Shown here: piece by piece, positions 41,359 to 51,349 of the stretch | Layout of the letters: each line of letters opens with the position of its first letter | How positions within the stretch are numbered: position 1 is the stretch's first letter | Assembly: GCA_965197475.1 (NCBI GenBank) | Contig: CBDANF010000003.1 | Coordinates: forward strand, 480,001 to 544,000 | DNA: 64,000 bases | Direction: 5' to 3' | Source: Candidatus Poribacteria bacterium | GTDB lineage: Bacteria > Poribacteria > WGA-4E > WGA-3G | The notes under the pieces: model-generated | Seen by the model: only the letters and a program-made list of their open reading frames with translations | Database searches by the model: none | Told to the model about the DNA's origin: nothing | Made by a program: the position numbers and the translations under genes

Positions 41359-41502
41359 TAGGCGTGGTGCCAGATAAAATTGAGTGTTACCTTTCCTGCT
41401 TTACCAAACGATACTATAGAAAACCTATGATTAATTGAGACATCTTTGATAGCGCGCTTACAAAGCGCACCTACTACGTTATCGGCATATTTATTTTCCA
41501 CG

Positions 41503-42243
41503 TCAACGCTGTCCAAACTGCTTCCGAACCTTTCCAATGAAGAAGGGACCGAGGGATTCAATATATTTGGTCGTCTGTTCTGTTTTGCGCATATCTTGTA
41601 TCAGTCGTGATAACGGATATAATTCTGCTCCTACTAAGCCGATAACGAACTCATTATCGTTTGTATCTAATCCGAAGCATGCCAACCGAATATCACTTGC
41701 ATAACCCCCCGCAGCATAGCCTCGACCGAGCATAGCGTGTTCGCCTAAAATTCTTCCGCGATCGCGCGGTTCAAGTTGGTAAAATTCCGGTTTTCGACGT
41801 AGGGGATACCAAATTGCCCAAGGAAAGTCAGGATTGAGAACATTATTACGCGGTTTGTTGAGGAGCCACTCTTCCAAATCGGGTTCTCTTCCGCTTGAAT
41901 AGGTTCGTCCGATCATCGTCATTTCGGGTCGATAGGTGAGATTAGGAACGTCTTGTGCATTTACTAATAAGGACCTTGATTCAGCCATTAACGCCGCTGG
42001 GTCTTCTGCCATGAAAAGCACACCGATGCCGGTTGGATGATTCAAATCGTCATACAATACTGCGTTCAGACTACTTCTTTCAAGCGTTTCAATGATGAAT
42101 GTAGAGTCGTGGCATTCTTCAAAAACATGGAGTTGAAAGAACAATCGGCGGTCGCTATATTGAGGTTCACCGTCAATTGGTGTTCCTATCTCGCGAATGT
42201 CCAAAGGTTTTGGTCGTGTAGGTCTTTCTGTTTCGCTTTGCAT
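41503..42243 (-). CDS. Chlorite dismutase / coproheme decarboxylase family protein
   Basis: WYPLRR, L.EH...G, FGLD..D.EF, GPFFIG. Confidence 0.8.
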   Translation of the reverse strand: MQSETERPTRPKPLDIREIGTPIDGEPQYSDRRLFFQLHVFEECHDSTFIIETLERSSLNAVLYDDLNHPTGIGVLFMAEDPAALMAESRSLLVNAQDVPNLTYRPEMTMIGRTYSSGREPDLEEWLLNKPRNNVLNPDFPWAIWYPLRRKPEFYQLEPRDRGRILGEHAMLGRGYAAGGYASDIRLACFGLDTNDNEFVIGLVGAELYPLSRLIQDMRKTEQTTKYIESLGPFFIGKVRKQFGQR

Positions 42244-42272
42244 AATAGAATTTGTCTTCTAATTCCTTTAGT

Positions 42273-43847
42273 TCAACGTTTTGCGGTGTATGACTCACGG
42301 ATCCATTCTTCAAGCACTGGATCAGGGTTCTCTACAACCTGCTTTGGAAAGTCAAACGATGATTGTCCTGTGTTCTGCTTGATGAGGTTCAAACCGTGCT
42401 GATAACTTTTCAGAATTTCATCACAGACCTGCTGTATAGATTTTTCTTGTGTCAATGCGCGTTCACAGATCGCTTCAGTTGCTTCTGTATCAAACGCAAT
42501 CTTCAAATCATGGTCAGCATGGAACTTCACTTCATACCTGCGAACCTGCTCGTGCATCACCGTGTTGCGATTGTAATCAGCATCTTCCATAATCCGCTTA
42601 AGTACGGCATCAGGTTCATCAACGACCGCTGCCGTGACAACAAATTCTACTACATTTGTAGACGGAAGTTCAAACTTATAGTTGCGCAGAACCTTTTCAC
42701 AGACAGTCATCAACGCACGCGCGCCGGTTTTCTGTTCAATCGCTTTTTCTGCGATTCGGCGTAATCCGCAGTCAGAAAATAGCATGGTAATGCCGTAAGC
42801 ATCGAAAGCGTTTTCATATTGCCGAATGATAGAACCTTCGGAATGTTTCAAGATATAAAATAGATCATCAACCGCCAATTCAGTGCAGACGACATGCACA
42901 GGTAGTCTGCCGATAAACTCAGGCTCAAAACCGAAATCGATAAAGTCTTTTGGGGTAACATGTTCAAGATGCTGTGCTACATCCTCTTTTTGGCTCGTGA
43001 CTTGGGCACTAAAACCTATTCTGTTCTGATGCATGCGTTTCTTGATAATATTCTCCATGCCAGTAAACGCACCGCTGATAATAAAAAGAATATGGCGGGT
43101 ATTAATCACCTCTTTTTCTACCTTGCCCCGTTTCTGGAATTCCATCGCAGCACGCATCTGAGAGGCAACATCGTTGCCTGATCTAAGGTCAACTTCGGTT
43201 TCCTCCATCAACTTGAGAAGTCCGATTTGCACGCCACGACCACTGACATCTCGTCCAATGATATTCGGTGGCGTGGAAATTTTGTCCGCTTCATCAAGAT
43301 AGATAATCCCGTACTGTGCCAATTCAAGATTATCATCCGCTTGCGCAACAAGTTCACGGATTAAGTCATCTACATTCGCACCGACATAACCGGTTTCACT
43401 AAATCTGGTGGCATCTGCTTTTACAAACGGCACGCCGATTAATTTGGCAATGTGTCGGATCAGATATGTCTTGCCAACACCGGTCGGACCGAGCATGACG
43501 ATGTTCTGTTTAGAGTAATCGGTTTCCGCAGCTTCAGGATTCTCGTGGCATTCTCGGACATGGTTGTAGTGATCACAGACAGCAATAGCAAGTGCCTTTT
43601 TTGCATCATCCTGTTTGATGACATACCGGTCTAAATACTTCTTAATATCTTTCGGTTTGAGGTCAAACTTCAAATCAAAGGTTTTCTGTGGCTCCGGTGC
43701 TTCTTCTTCTGTTGCACCTGGCGAGACCTGCGGACCTGTCACATTCACCATGCGAACGCCTATGTTGTCGCCGTACTTTTTTTGAAAGAACTCTTGGAAT
43801 TCCTTTTCGATTTCTTCTGGAGTGGGTATTTTTTTATTTGTAATCAT
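42273..43847 (-). CDS. ClpX-like AAA+ ATPase (no N-terminal Zn finger, extended C-terminus)
   Basis: LDRYVIKQ..AKK, GPTGVGKT, DATRFSETGYVG, DEADKI, RDVSGRGVQ, TGARAL. Confidence 0.85.
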   Translation of the reverse strand: MITNKKIPTPEEIEKEFQEFFQKKYGDNIGVRMVNVTGPQVSPGATEEEAPEPQKTFDLKFDLKPKDIKKYLDRYVIKQDDAKKALAIAVCDHYNHVRECHENPEAAETDYSKQNIVMLGPTGVGKTYLIRHIAKLIGVPFVKADATRFSETGYVGANVDDLIRELVAQADDNLELAQYGIIYLDEADKISTPPNIIGRDVSGRGVQIGLLKLMEETEVDLRSGNDVASQMRAAMEFQKRGKVEKEVINTRHILFIISGAFTGMENIIKKRMHQNRIGFSAQVTSQKEDVAQHLEHVTPKDFIDFGFEPEFIGRLPVHVVCTELAVDDLFYILKHSEGSIIRQYENAFDAYGITMLFSDCGLRRIAEKAIEQKTGARALMTVCEKVLRNYKFELPSTNVVEFVVTAAVVDEPDAVLKRIMEDADYNRNTVMHEQVRRYEVKFHADHDLKIAFDTEATEAICERALTQEKSIQQVCDEILKSYQHGLNLIKQNTGQSSFDFPKQVVENPDPVLEEWIRESYTAKR

Positions 43848-44021
43848 AGTGTTTTAATTAGCCTTCGGCTTTCAGTTATCGACTGTCGGTTATTAGATAT
43901 CTCTACATACCTGTCGCCCGCTGGGGTTGTCAATCATTTTAAATTATCTATACCCTGAAAATCGACCTACAAAAAAGGATGAATTGGCAACTGTTGCCAA
44001 AATTTTTACGCCTCTATTAAC

Positions 44022-45572
44022 CTAACCCATTACATTTGCATAGAAAAATGGTGGCATTGTCAAGGCAACTACATCATCATCGCCAGAGATTTCACGTGCC
44101 ATTGCAAGCGCATCGTCTAAGTTTTTTGCCCAATCAACACCTAATTGCTGTGCCACCCGCGGTTCTTTCGGACCGACCAGGATCACCTTTGATAGATATT
44201 TCAGCGGATAGGTTGCCCAATACCACACTGTAAACGGGTGAAAACCGTGATGCGCAAATTTGTTCCGATAACAATCAATTAAATACTCGTCCTTCGCATA
44301 TTTTTCCTGATACTTCTGTTGCATCTCAAAAGGTTCCGTTGTATCCGCAAGAACCTCTTCATAGAACATCTTATATGCAACGTGATACTCCTCATGGAAA
44401 ATCTCATAAGTTGGGTTCATAATGATGACAACACCGTTTTCTTTGATAATCGGTTTGTTATAGAACCAGTTGAACACATATCCCAAGATGTCGCTTACGA
44501 CTAAAACAGGGTTAATGCGAGCGTCAACGGCGTAGGGACTCATATCTGGCAAGCCGAACACCAAAGTACTAAACTGACGTGGAATATCAATTGCCAACTG
44601 ATCTTTCATCAATACCAACGTTTTCGCGTGAACGGCATCAATGTCGCCAGCGTTCACTGCGATCGGCTCATAGTCCGTCTGGACGCTTTTCAGTATTTTA
44701 TACCGGACTGATTCTGGTAATAAGGATAGCGTTGTTGGTGTAAAAGTTTTGATAATCCGCTCAGCAATGTTGCAGTCCTTGTTAGGTTTTCCAACATAAC
44801 GGAGATGGAACGGATATATCGCTCCATTCATCGCTGCTTCAAGGACTAAAATCGGTGTCTCTTTTTGAATGAGACGGCTCATCCGCTCAATACATGCGTG
44901 CATGTGTGAGCCTTCCGGTTGCATCACATGTGGGCTGTCCGATGTCATGTGCGGCGAGTGGTGTGGTGCAATAGAGTTATAAGTCCCAAGTCCAACAGCA
45001 ACAGATTTGTGTCCTCCGTTGAGCGGAATCTGGATCATATCAACGTAAATTATCAGATCGGCATCAAGGGCATCTTTATCTGTCTCAACGATTTCGTCTT
45101 TTTCTGTTTTCCCTACTTCAACAATCTGTTCGGCATCCTCAGCGTCAAAATTTCGGAGTTGGTGCGGATAAAATTCATCCATAATGTCTTTGCCTAACAT
45201 ATAGGCGAGTTCATGTTCTTTCATCTTCCGGTGAAGTGCGACTGCACACATCAACTGGATGTTCTTTTTGTCCACTCCATACTCGTCCAGCATCTTCAGG
45301 AGCGTCTCAATCATAATCTGCCGCATATCCGGCTTTTTTGTCGCAGGAAAAGGTTGGCAGTTGTCATCAAAGAGGATTAGTACTTTTGAATTGCCATCAA
45401 CAAGTTCACGCAGCGGAGGCATCTCAAGTGGATTTTCAAAGGCACGTTGCGTGTGTTCGCGCAATGCAGCACGCTTAATTCCCGGCAGCGGCGGTTTGGC
45501 GTAGTAAACCTCTGAGTTATCTGGTATGTTCGCGTTGACGAGGTGATTTCCGAAGTATGTGAAGTATTTCAT
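44022..45572 (-). CDS. Lactate racemase (LarA/DUF2088) domain protein
   Basis: AFENPL..PPL.EL, ILFDD, A.ALHRKM, GGHKS; near larB. Confidence 0.75.
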   Translation of the reverse strand: MKYFTYFGNHLVNANIPDNSEVYYAKPPLPGIKRAALREHTQRAFENPLEMPPLRELVDGNSKVLILFDDNCQPFPATKKPDMRQIMIETLLKMLDEYGVDKKNIQLMCAVALHRKMKEHELAYMLGKDIMDEFYPHQLRNFDAEDAEQIVEVGKTEKDEIVETDKDALDADLIIYVDMIQIPLNGGHKSVAVGLGTYNSIAPHHSPHMTSDSPHVMQPEGSHMHACIERMSRLIQKETPILVLEAAMNGAIYPFHLRYVGKPNKDCNIAERIIKTFTPTTLSLLPESVRYKILKSVQTDYEPIAVNAGDIDAVHAKTLVLMKDQLAIDIPRQFSTLVFGLPDMSPYAVDARINPVLVVSDILGYVFNWFYNKPIIKENGVVIIMNPTYEIFHEEYHVAYKMFYEEVLADTTEPFEMQQKYQEKYAKDEYLIDCYRNKFAHHGFHPFTVWYWATYPLKYLSKVILVGPKEPRVAQQLGVDWAKNLDDALAMAREISGDDDVVALTMPPFFYANVMG

Positions 45573-45850
45573 TAACCTTTAAATACGATTCAGACTATGT
45601 GTTATTAGGGTTTATTCCTTATATTTATTTTAGCACAGTTGGGGGAATAGTGCAAGTTTTTTTGTCAAACTGTTACTCCACTTTAGAAGGGTTAACTTCC
45701 CATTAATTTTATGGTATATTTTAACGTGAGTTCGATATTAGGATCCAAGTGTAGTATAAACGTAGGTTGGGTAGAGCATAGCGAACTCGCAGAATGCCAT
45801 AAGCGCATTTGGTGTTGATTTGTAGTCGCTGCAACAGGAAGCAAATGTGT

Positions 45851-46603
45851 TTAGGTATCTGACAACCGATTTATAAGCGCGGCACTATATCCTGCCCCGA
45901 ACCCATTATCAATGTTGACAACAGTGACACCAGAAGCACAACTGTTTAGCATACCGAGCAACGCAGCAAGTCCACCAAAACTTGCACCGTATCCGACGCT
46001 TGTCGGCACTGCGATGACGGGACTGTCAACCAACCCCCCAACTACGCTCGGTAATGCGCCTTCCATACCCGCAATCACAACAATTACACGTGCATTCAAA
46101 AGTTTTTCGTGATTGCTAATAAGTCTGTGTAACCCCGCAACACCAACGTCGTAGAGGCGTTCAGGCGGACTACCCAACATGCAAGCAGTTTCAGCCGCTT
46201 CTTCCGCAACAGGTAAGTCAGAGGTGCCAGCTGAAATGACAAGAACGCCTGGTTTGCCTTGCACATCAGATTGCACAACAGTGATTGTCCGTCCGAGTTC
46301 GTTATAACGCGCTTCAGGATGGAGTGTTTTGACGGCTTCGTACATTGAGGGAGTTGCCCGCGTTGCAAGTAGCGGGTGCCCAGCACTGAGGATACTTTCG
46401 CTAATTTTTGCAACTTGAGCATCCGTTTTTCCTTCACAAAAAATGACTTCAGGAAAACCGGTGCGAAGCTGTCGATGGTGGTCAATTTTGGAAAAGCCGA
46501 GGTCTTCAAAAGGGAGGATGCGGAGAGACTGAAGCGCATCGTTCACTTCAATCTCTCCACTTTTGATTTTCTCAAGGAGAGTTGTTAACTTTTTAACTTC
46601 CAT
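45851..46603 (-). CDS. larB: Nickel-pincer cofactor biosynthesis protein LarB
   Basis: DHHR..RTGFPEVIF, AGTSD.PVAEEA, DVGVAGLHRL, AVPTSVGYG, VVNIDNGFGAG. Confidence 0.93.
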   Translation of the reverse strand: MEVKKLTTLLEKIKSGEIEVNDALQSLRILPFEDLGFSKIDHHRQLRTGFPEVIFCEGKTDAQVAKISESILSAGHPLLATRATPSMYEAVKTLHPEARYNELGRTITVVQSDVQGKPGVLVISAGTSDLPVAEEAAETACMLGSPPERLYDVGVAGLHRLISNHEKLLNARVIVVIAGMEGALPSVVGGLVDSPVIAVPTSVGYGASFGGLAALLGMLNSCASGVTVVNIDNGFGAGYSAALINRLSDT

Positions 46604-46710
46604 ACACGTGTTGAAACTATGCCAAATAGGTTGTTAGAATTTCTGCAAGAGCAAGTTGTATTAGGATACTAAATTAAAACGTACTTCTCAAAACTTAGGT
46701 AATTTTGAGA

Positions 46711-47121
46711 TTAAGCTTCTTCAGTTTCCTTTTTACCAGATTTCTTGTCGTTAGAGAGACCGGGAATCGTCTCAGTAATTTTGCTTCTGACTTCGGAAGA
46801 AACTTTTTTGCCTGTTTCGACTGCAGATTTCACTTGATCCTTTGCGTCCATGACACGTTCTTTGCCGACTTCAACGAATCCTTGCACACTTTCCTTGCCA
46901 TGGTCTACAAGGTGCTGTACATTTTCCTTCGCTGCTTCACTCGCATGTTGAGCGAATTCCAAAGTTTTATCTTTAGCTTGAACGGAGGTATCCCGAATTT
47001 TTTGTCGAGTCTCTTTTCCAGGCGCTGGCGCGTAGAGAAGACTGAGTACGGCACCTGTTAAAAAACCGGTGAAGAAGGCGAAAATCATTGTCAATCCATT
47101 GTTGCGTCCATCGTTGCTCAT
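46711..47121 (-). CDS. YtxH-like protein
   Basis: F.TGFLTGAVLSLLYAPAPGKETRQKI. Confidence 0.85.
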   Translation of the reverse strand: MSNDGRNNGLTMIFAFFTGFLTGAVLSLLYAPAPGKETRQKIRDTSVQAKDKTLEFAQHASEAAKENVQHLVDHGKESVQGFVEVGKERVMDAKDQVKSAVETGKKVSSEVRSKITETIPGLSNDKKSGKKETEEA

Positions 47122-47243
47122 TAGATTATCCTTTCTTTAATATAAACTTGAGAGTTAACACAATGCTGATTTATCACATTTTGGATGAAATTCTTCATTC
47201 CTTTAATATAATACGTTTATTTTGAATATTTCTTTTCAATTAA

Positions 47244-47518
47244 CTAAACTTTGGACAATTTTAGAGTGCTTGTGTGGTAACAAGGGTAATAGAAACACCT
47301 TGTACATCAAGGTAAGATTTGTTTATACACATTTCGCCCCGCTGGAGCTTACTCCGTTAAGGTTATCGTTTTCTATAAACATTCCGCCCCGCTGGGGCTG
47401 CTCTTTGCTGCACACGAAATACTTATTTCTGTGAGTTACGAACCTGAACAAAACTTGCAGAAAACAGAAAATACTTGAAAACTCAACATCAAACAGACAG
47501 AAATTGTCCAAACTTTAG
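47244..47518. mobile_element. MITE of the CTA.A.TTTGGACAATTT family with REP doublet
   Basis: Inverted ends; flanks TTCAATTAA / TTCAATTAT (8 of 9 identical). Confidence 0.75.
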
Positions 47519-47581
47519 TTCAATTATGTGGAAGTTCACAAAAATTTTCTTCAGTCTGATTACCTGCAAAAGTCAACTTTC

Positions 47582-48205
47582 CTACTCAGCGGCGGCTTCA
47601 GGTTGTTCTTCCGGTGTGCTGGTTTCCAATTCCTCAACTTCACTTGGTGGTTGAGAATCACCATTTTCTGCTTTAGGTTGATTAGTTCCGTTTGATTGAG
47701 ACGATTTATAAAGTCTGTCCCAACCTGCTTTCAACCCATGCCACATCCCCACAATATCTGCCAGTGATACTGCGACTTGATTACGAAAGTACTCTGCTTG
47801 TTCAATTGTTTGACCCGAAAAAGAAGATACCTTTTGTACAAGCGATTCAAGCTCCCGCACACTTTGATTCAGTGTTTCTGTCAATTCTTGTACGTTATGT
47901 AAAGTAGGTTGTACCTCATTTTCACTGATTTGTTGAATTGACGCTGTAACACCATTCAGATTTTGTAGTAGTTCCGGTAATTCCTTGTTAATCTCTTTTA
48001 CAGTTTGACTGACATCTGTTATGAGTATCCCTACTTCCTGATTAACGAGGTTTTCCGTAGAATTAAGCGTGTTCTGAATACTACTTAGCGAATTTCTTAA
48101 ACTGCCGAGTGTTGCACATAAATAACCAATTAAGGCTGTTAAAGCAATTAGTGATACACCAAGACTGCATTTCCAAAAAATCGAAACAATCAAATTCCAA
48201 TCCAT
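47582..48205 (-). CDS. DUF948/YoxC-like membrane coiled-coil protein
   Basis: N-terminal TM segment plus heptad repeats; sits next to YtxH. Confidence 0.65.
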   Translation of the reverse strand: MDWNLIVSIFWKCSLGVSLIALTALIGYLCATLGSLRNSLSSIQNTLNSTENLVNQEVGILITDVSQTVKEINKELPELLQNLNGVTASIQQISENEVQPTLHNVQELTETLNQSVRELESLVQKVSSFSGQTIEQAEYFRNQVAVSLADIVGMWHGLKAGWDRLYKSSQSNGTNQPKAENGDSQPPSEVEELETSTPEEQPEAAAE

Positions 48206-48219
48206 GTGTTTAGTTTTCC

Positions 48220-50880
48220 TTATTCCTGTAGTTGGTTTTCTATAATTTGTGTGGTTGCAGCAATTGCTGCGTCCACTTTACCTGAGTTTCGACCGCCACC
48301 TTGTGCCAATTCCGGGCGACCACCACCCCGTCCATCGGCGAGTTGCGTAATTGCTTGCATGATTTGACCCGCATGTAAACCCCGATTTTTTACAAGGTCT
48401 GAAGTTACACCAACGACAAATGCTACTTCCTCACCTGTGACGGAGGCAAGTACAACAACACCCGATTCAAGTTTATTTTTTAACCCATCAACGAGTTGTC
48501 GCAAACTATTTCTATCACTGTTTTCTACACGTGAAGCAACAACCTTTACCTCTTTAACACATGATGCCCCTTCAAGTAAGGCATCAATATTAGAAAGCGC
48601 GTTCTTGCTTTTCAATTGTTGTATCTGCTGTTCCAAATCACGTTGTTCTTGGAGTAGTTGCGCAATTCTTTCTGTCAAACCGGTTTTCGGTGTTTTCAGC
48701 AAATTTGCGACATTTGCCAGTAAAGCCTCGTCATCCTGAATTGTTGTTACCGCTGTGCTACCTGTGAGTGCTTCAACACGGCGGACACCAGCGGCGATAC
48801 TACTCTCACTTATTAATTTGACATAACCGAGTTCGCCTATTGCATCTACGTGTGTGCCACCGCATAACTCTACACTATATTCACCTGCTTGCACAACCCG
48901 AACGATGTCGCCATATTTGTCGCCGAAAAATGCTAATGCGCCTTTTTCTTTAGCCTGATCCAACGTCATTTCGCTGATAGCAAGTTTGTCATTTTGACGA
49001 ATCTTCTCATTGACATAGGTCTCAATATCGCGGAGTTGCTTCGATGAAACGCCTTCATAATGGTTAAAATCGAACCTTAATCTTCCCGCTTGAACGAGTG
49101 ATCCTGCTTGTCCTACGTGCGTTCCGAGTATACTTCGTAATCCACTGTGAAGCAGATGTGTTCCGGTATGGCTTACTGCTATGGAATTGCGACGGTCACT
49201 GTCAATCTGTGCCTTCACTTTGGTAAACGGGGTAATCTCACCTTCAATTACCTTACACTTATGCACGAATAGGTCAGGTGAAGGTTTTATCGTGTCAAGC
49301 ACTGCAAGTTTCGCGTCAGCACTTTCAAGTATTCCTATATCGCCAACTTGCCCGCCCGATTCCCCGTAAAATGGCGTGCGATTGAGTAAGACTGAGACCT
49401 CTTCATTCTGCTTTGCCCTTGCAACCGATTCTGTTCCTGCAATCAACGCAACAATTTCTGCATCGGTACTATGTTTTATGTATCCAACAAATTCTGTGCT
49501 ACCGGTCTCTTTGAGTACTTCTGCGTAAACAGCGATTTCATCGTCTTTCGCACCACTACCTATCGCTTGCCATGCTGCGCGTCCTCGTGCGCGTTGTTCA
49601 GCCATACTATCTTCAAAACCGGATTCATCTACAGTAAACCCTTCTTCGCGCGTCAGAAGTTGCGTTAGGTCAAGCGGAAAACCGAATGTGTCGTATAACT
49701 CAAAGGCGCGTTGTCCATCAAGTTGGGTTTCGCTTTTTGTTTTGAGCGTGTCAATCGACTGTTCAAGCATGTCCAACCCGCGTGCCAGCGTTTGATGAAA
49801 ACGATTTTCCTCTGCCTGAATTGTACGTGTAATGAATTCCTTACGCGGCAAAACATCGGGGAAAACATTGCCAAGTAACTGAATGACTTTATCAACGAGA
49901 CGATAAATAAACGGTTCGCCCATTTCCAATTTTTTGCCATATAACACGGCGCGCCGTAAAATTCGACGGGTTACATAGCCTCGCCCATCGTTTGATGGCA
50001 TCACGCCATCACCGATAGCAAACGTTAAACATCGGATATGGTCAGCGATTACTCTATGTGGTAATCCGCTGATGTCATGTGAGTAGGCGGTATCTGTCAT
50101 ATCCGAAATTGTTTCCAGAAGCGGGGTAAATAGGTCTGTCTTGTAGTTAGAATCAACCCTTTGCAATACAGAGGTAATTCTTTCAAACCCCATGCCCGTG
50201 TCTACGTGAGTGGCAGGCAGGTCTTCAAGTGTCCCATTCTGATCACGATTGTATTGAATAAACACGAGATTCCAAAATTCTCGGAATCGATCACTCGTGT
50301 TCGGACCAGCATCAGGGTCGTTTGCAGTTTCAGGGTATGCCTCCACACCTAAATCAACAAAAAGTTCGCTACACGGGCCACAGGGACCGGTCTCCCCCAT
50401 TTCCCAAAAGTTGTCCTTATCACAGCGGCGAATACGAGAAAGCGGTAAATCGGTCTCTTGGAGCCAAAGTTTTTCAGCCTCATCGTCTCCGATATAAACC
50501 GTTGCCCAGATCAGTTCTTTGGGAATTTTCCACAATTCCGTCACTAATTCCCACGCATAAGCGATAGCTCCCTGTTTATAGTAATCTCCGAAGGACCAGT
50601 TTCCGAGCATCTCAAAGAAAGTATGGTGGCTTGGTGAATGCCCGACCTCTTCAAGGTCATTGTGTTTTCCACTGACACGCAGACATTTCTGTGTGTCTAC
50701 AGCCCTTGTGTATTCCCGCTGTCCTATTCCGAGAAAGACATCTTTGAATTGGTTCATCCCCGCATTTGTAAACAGCAACGTCGGGTCGCCCGCAGGAATC
50801 AACGAGGCACTTGGAACAACTGTGTGTCCTTTTTTTTGGAAATATTCTAAAAAACTTGCTCTGATTTCATCTGATGTCAT
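48220..50880 (-). CDS. alaS: Alanine--tRNA ligase
   Basis: MTSDEIR..FL, DPTLLFTNAGMNQFK, HTFFEMLGN, ELCGGTH, GGGRPELAQGGG. Confidence 0.98.
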   Translation of the reverse strand: MTSDEIRASFLEYFQKKGHTVVPSASLIPAGDPTLLFTNAGMNQFKDVFLGIGQREYTRAVDTQKCLRVSGKHNDLEEVGHSPSHHTFFEMLGNWSFGDYYKQGAIAYAWELVTELWKIPKELIWATVYIGDDEAEKLWLQETDLPLSRIRRCDKDNFWEMGETGPCGPCSELFVDLGVEAYPETANDPDAGPNTSDRFREFWNLVFIQYNRDQNGTLEDLPATHVDTGMGFERITSVLQRVDSNYKTDLFTPLLETISDMTDTAYSHDISGLPHRVIADHIRCLTFAIGDGVMPSNDGRGYVTRRILRRAVLYGKKLEMGEPFIYRLVDKVIQLLGNVFPDVLPRKEFITRTIQAEENRFHQTLARGLDMLEQSIDTLKTKSETQLDGQRAFELYDTFGFPLDLTQLLTREEGFTVDESGFEDSMAEQRARGRAAWQAIGSGAKDDEIAVYAEVLKETGSTEFVGYIKHSTDAEIVALIAGTESVARAKQNEEVSVLLNRTPFYGESGGQVGDIGILESADAKLAVLDTIKPSPDLFVHKCKVIEGEITPFTKVKAQIDSDRRNSIAVSHTGTHLLHSGLRSILGTHVGQAGSLVQAGRLRFDFNHYEGVSSKQLRDIETYVNEKIRQNDKLAISEMTLDQAKEKGALAFFGDKYGDIVRVVQAGEYSVELCGGTHVDAIGELGYVKLISESSIAAGVRRVEALTGSTAVTTIQDDEALLANVANLLKTPKTGLTERIAQLLQEQRDLEQQIQQLKSKNALSNIDALLEGASCVKEVKVVASRVENSDRNSLRQLVDGLKNKLESGVVVLASVTGEEVAFVVGVTSDLVKNRGLHAGQIMQAITQLADGRGGGRPELAQGGGRNSGKVDAAIAATTQIIENQLQE

Positions 50881-51349
50881 AATTTTGACTCGCTTCCATA
50901 AATCCAATTATAGTTTATTTTCAGTTAAGAAGTCAAGACAAAAAGAATCTGCACAAGGTTATTTAGTTTTAAGAACTATCAGTTGATGAGTGTTACTGAA
51001 AGTTAGGTCGTGCAGTGAAGCATAGCAAACGTAGCTAGACTTTTCATGTCACATCTGTGATTCATTTTCACCTCAAGCTAACGTTGATGGTAGAAAATAC
51101 ACTTTGAATGAATGTGAGGATTCCGCGAATGACACAACATGCGTAGGTAGCAATCGAGAGTATTTTCCAATTTGTTTCAATCCAACTTTTTCAGACGCGT
51201 AAAGGTGCACACCTCTCGGAATGTAGGGTTCAGTTTTAGTAAAACGTAAGTATTCAAGAATAGAATCTAACGGCTTTCTGGGAACTTACCACATGTCCGT
51301 TCTTCCGTGCTTTGAGAAACCGAATAAAAATGCTTTTCAGGGCATCTCT

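Noticed and set aside
251-47518. Short palindromic repeats as a CRISPR array
   Set aside because: They are dispersed, inverted and nested, with no regular repeat-spacer periodicity and no cas genes.
50881-51340. T-box riboswitch upstream of alaS
   Set aside because: No T-box (GGTGG.ACC) consensus or terminator/antiterminator could be identified.
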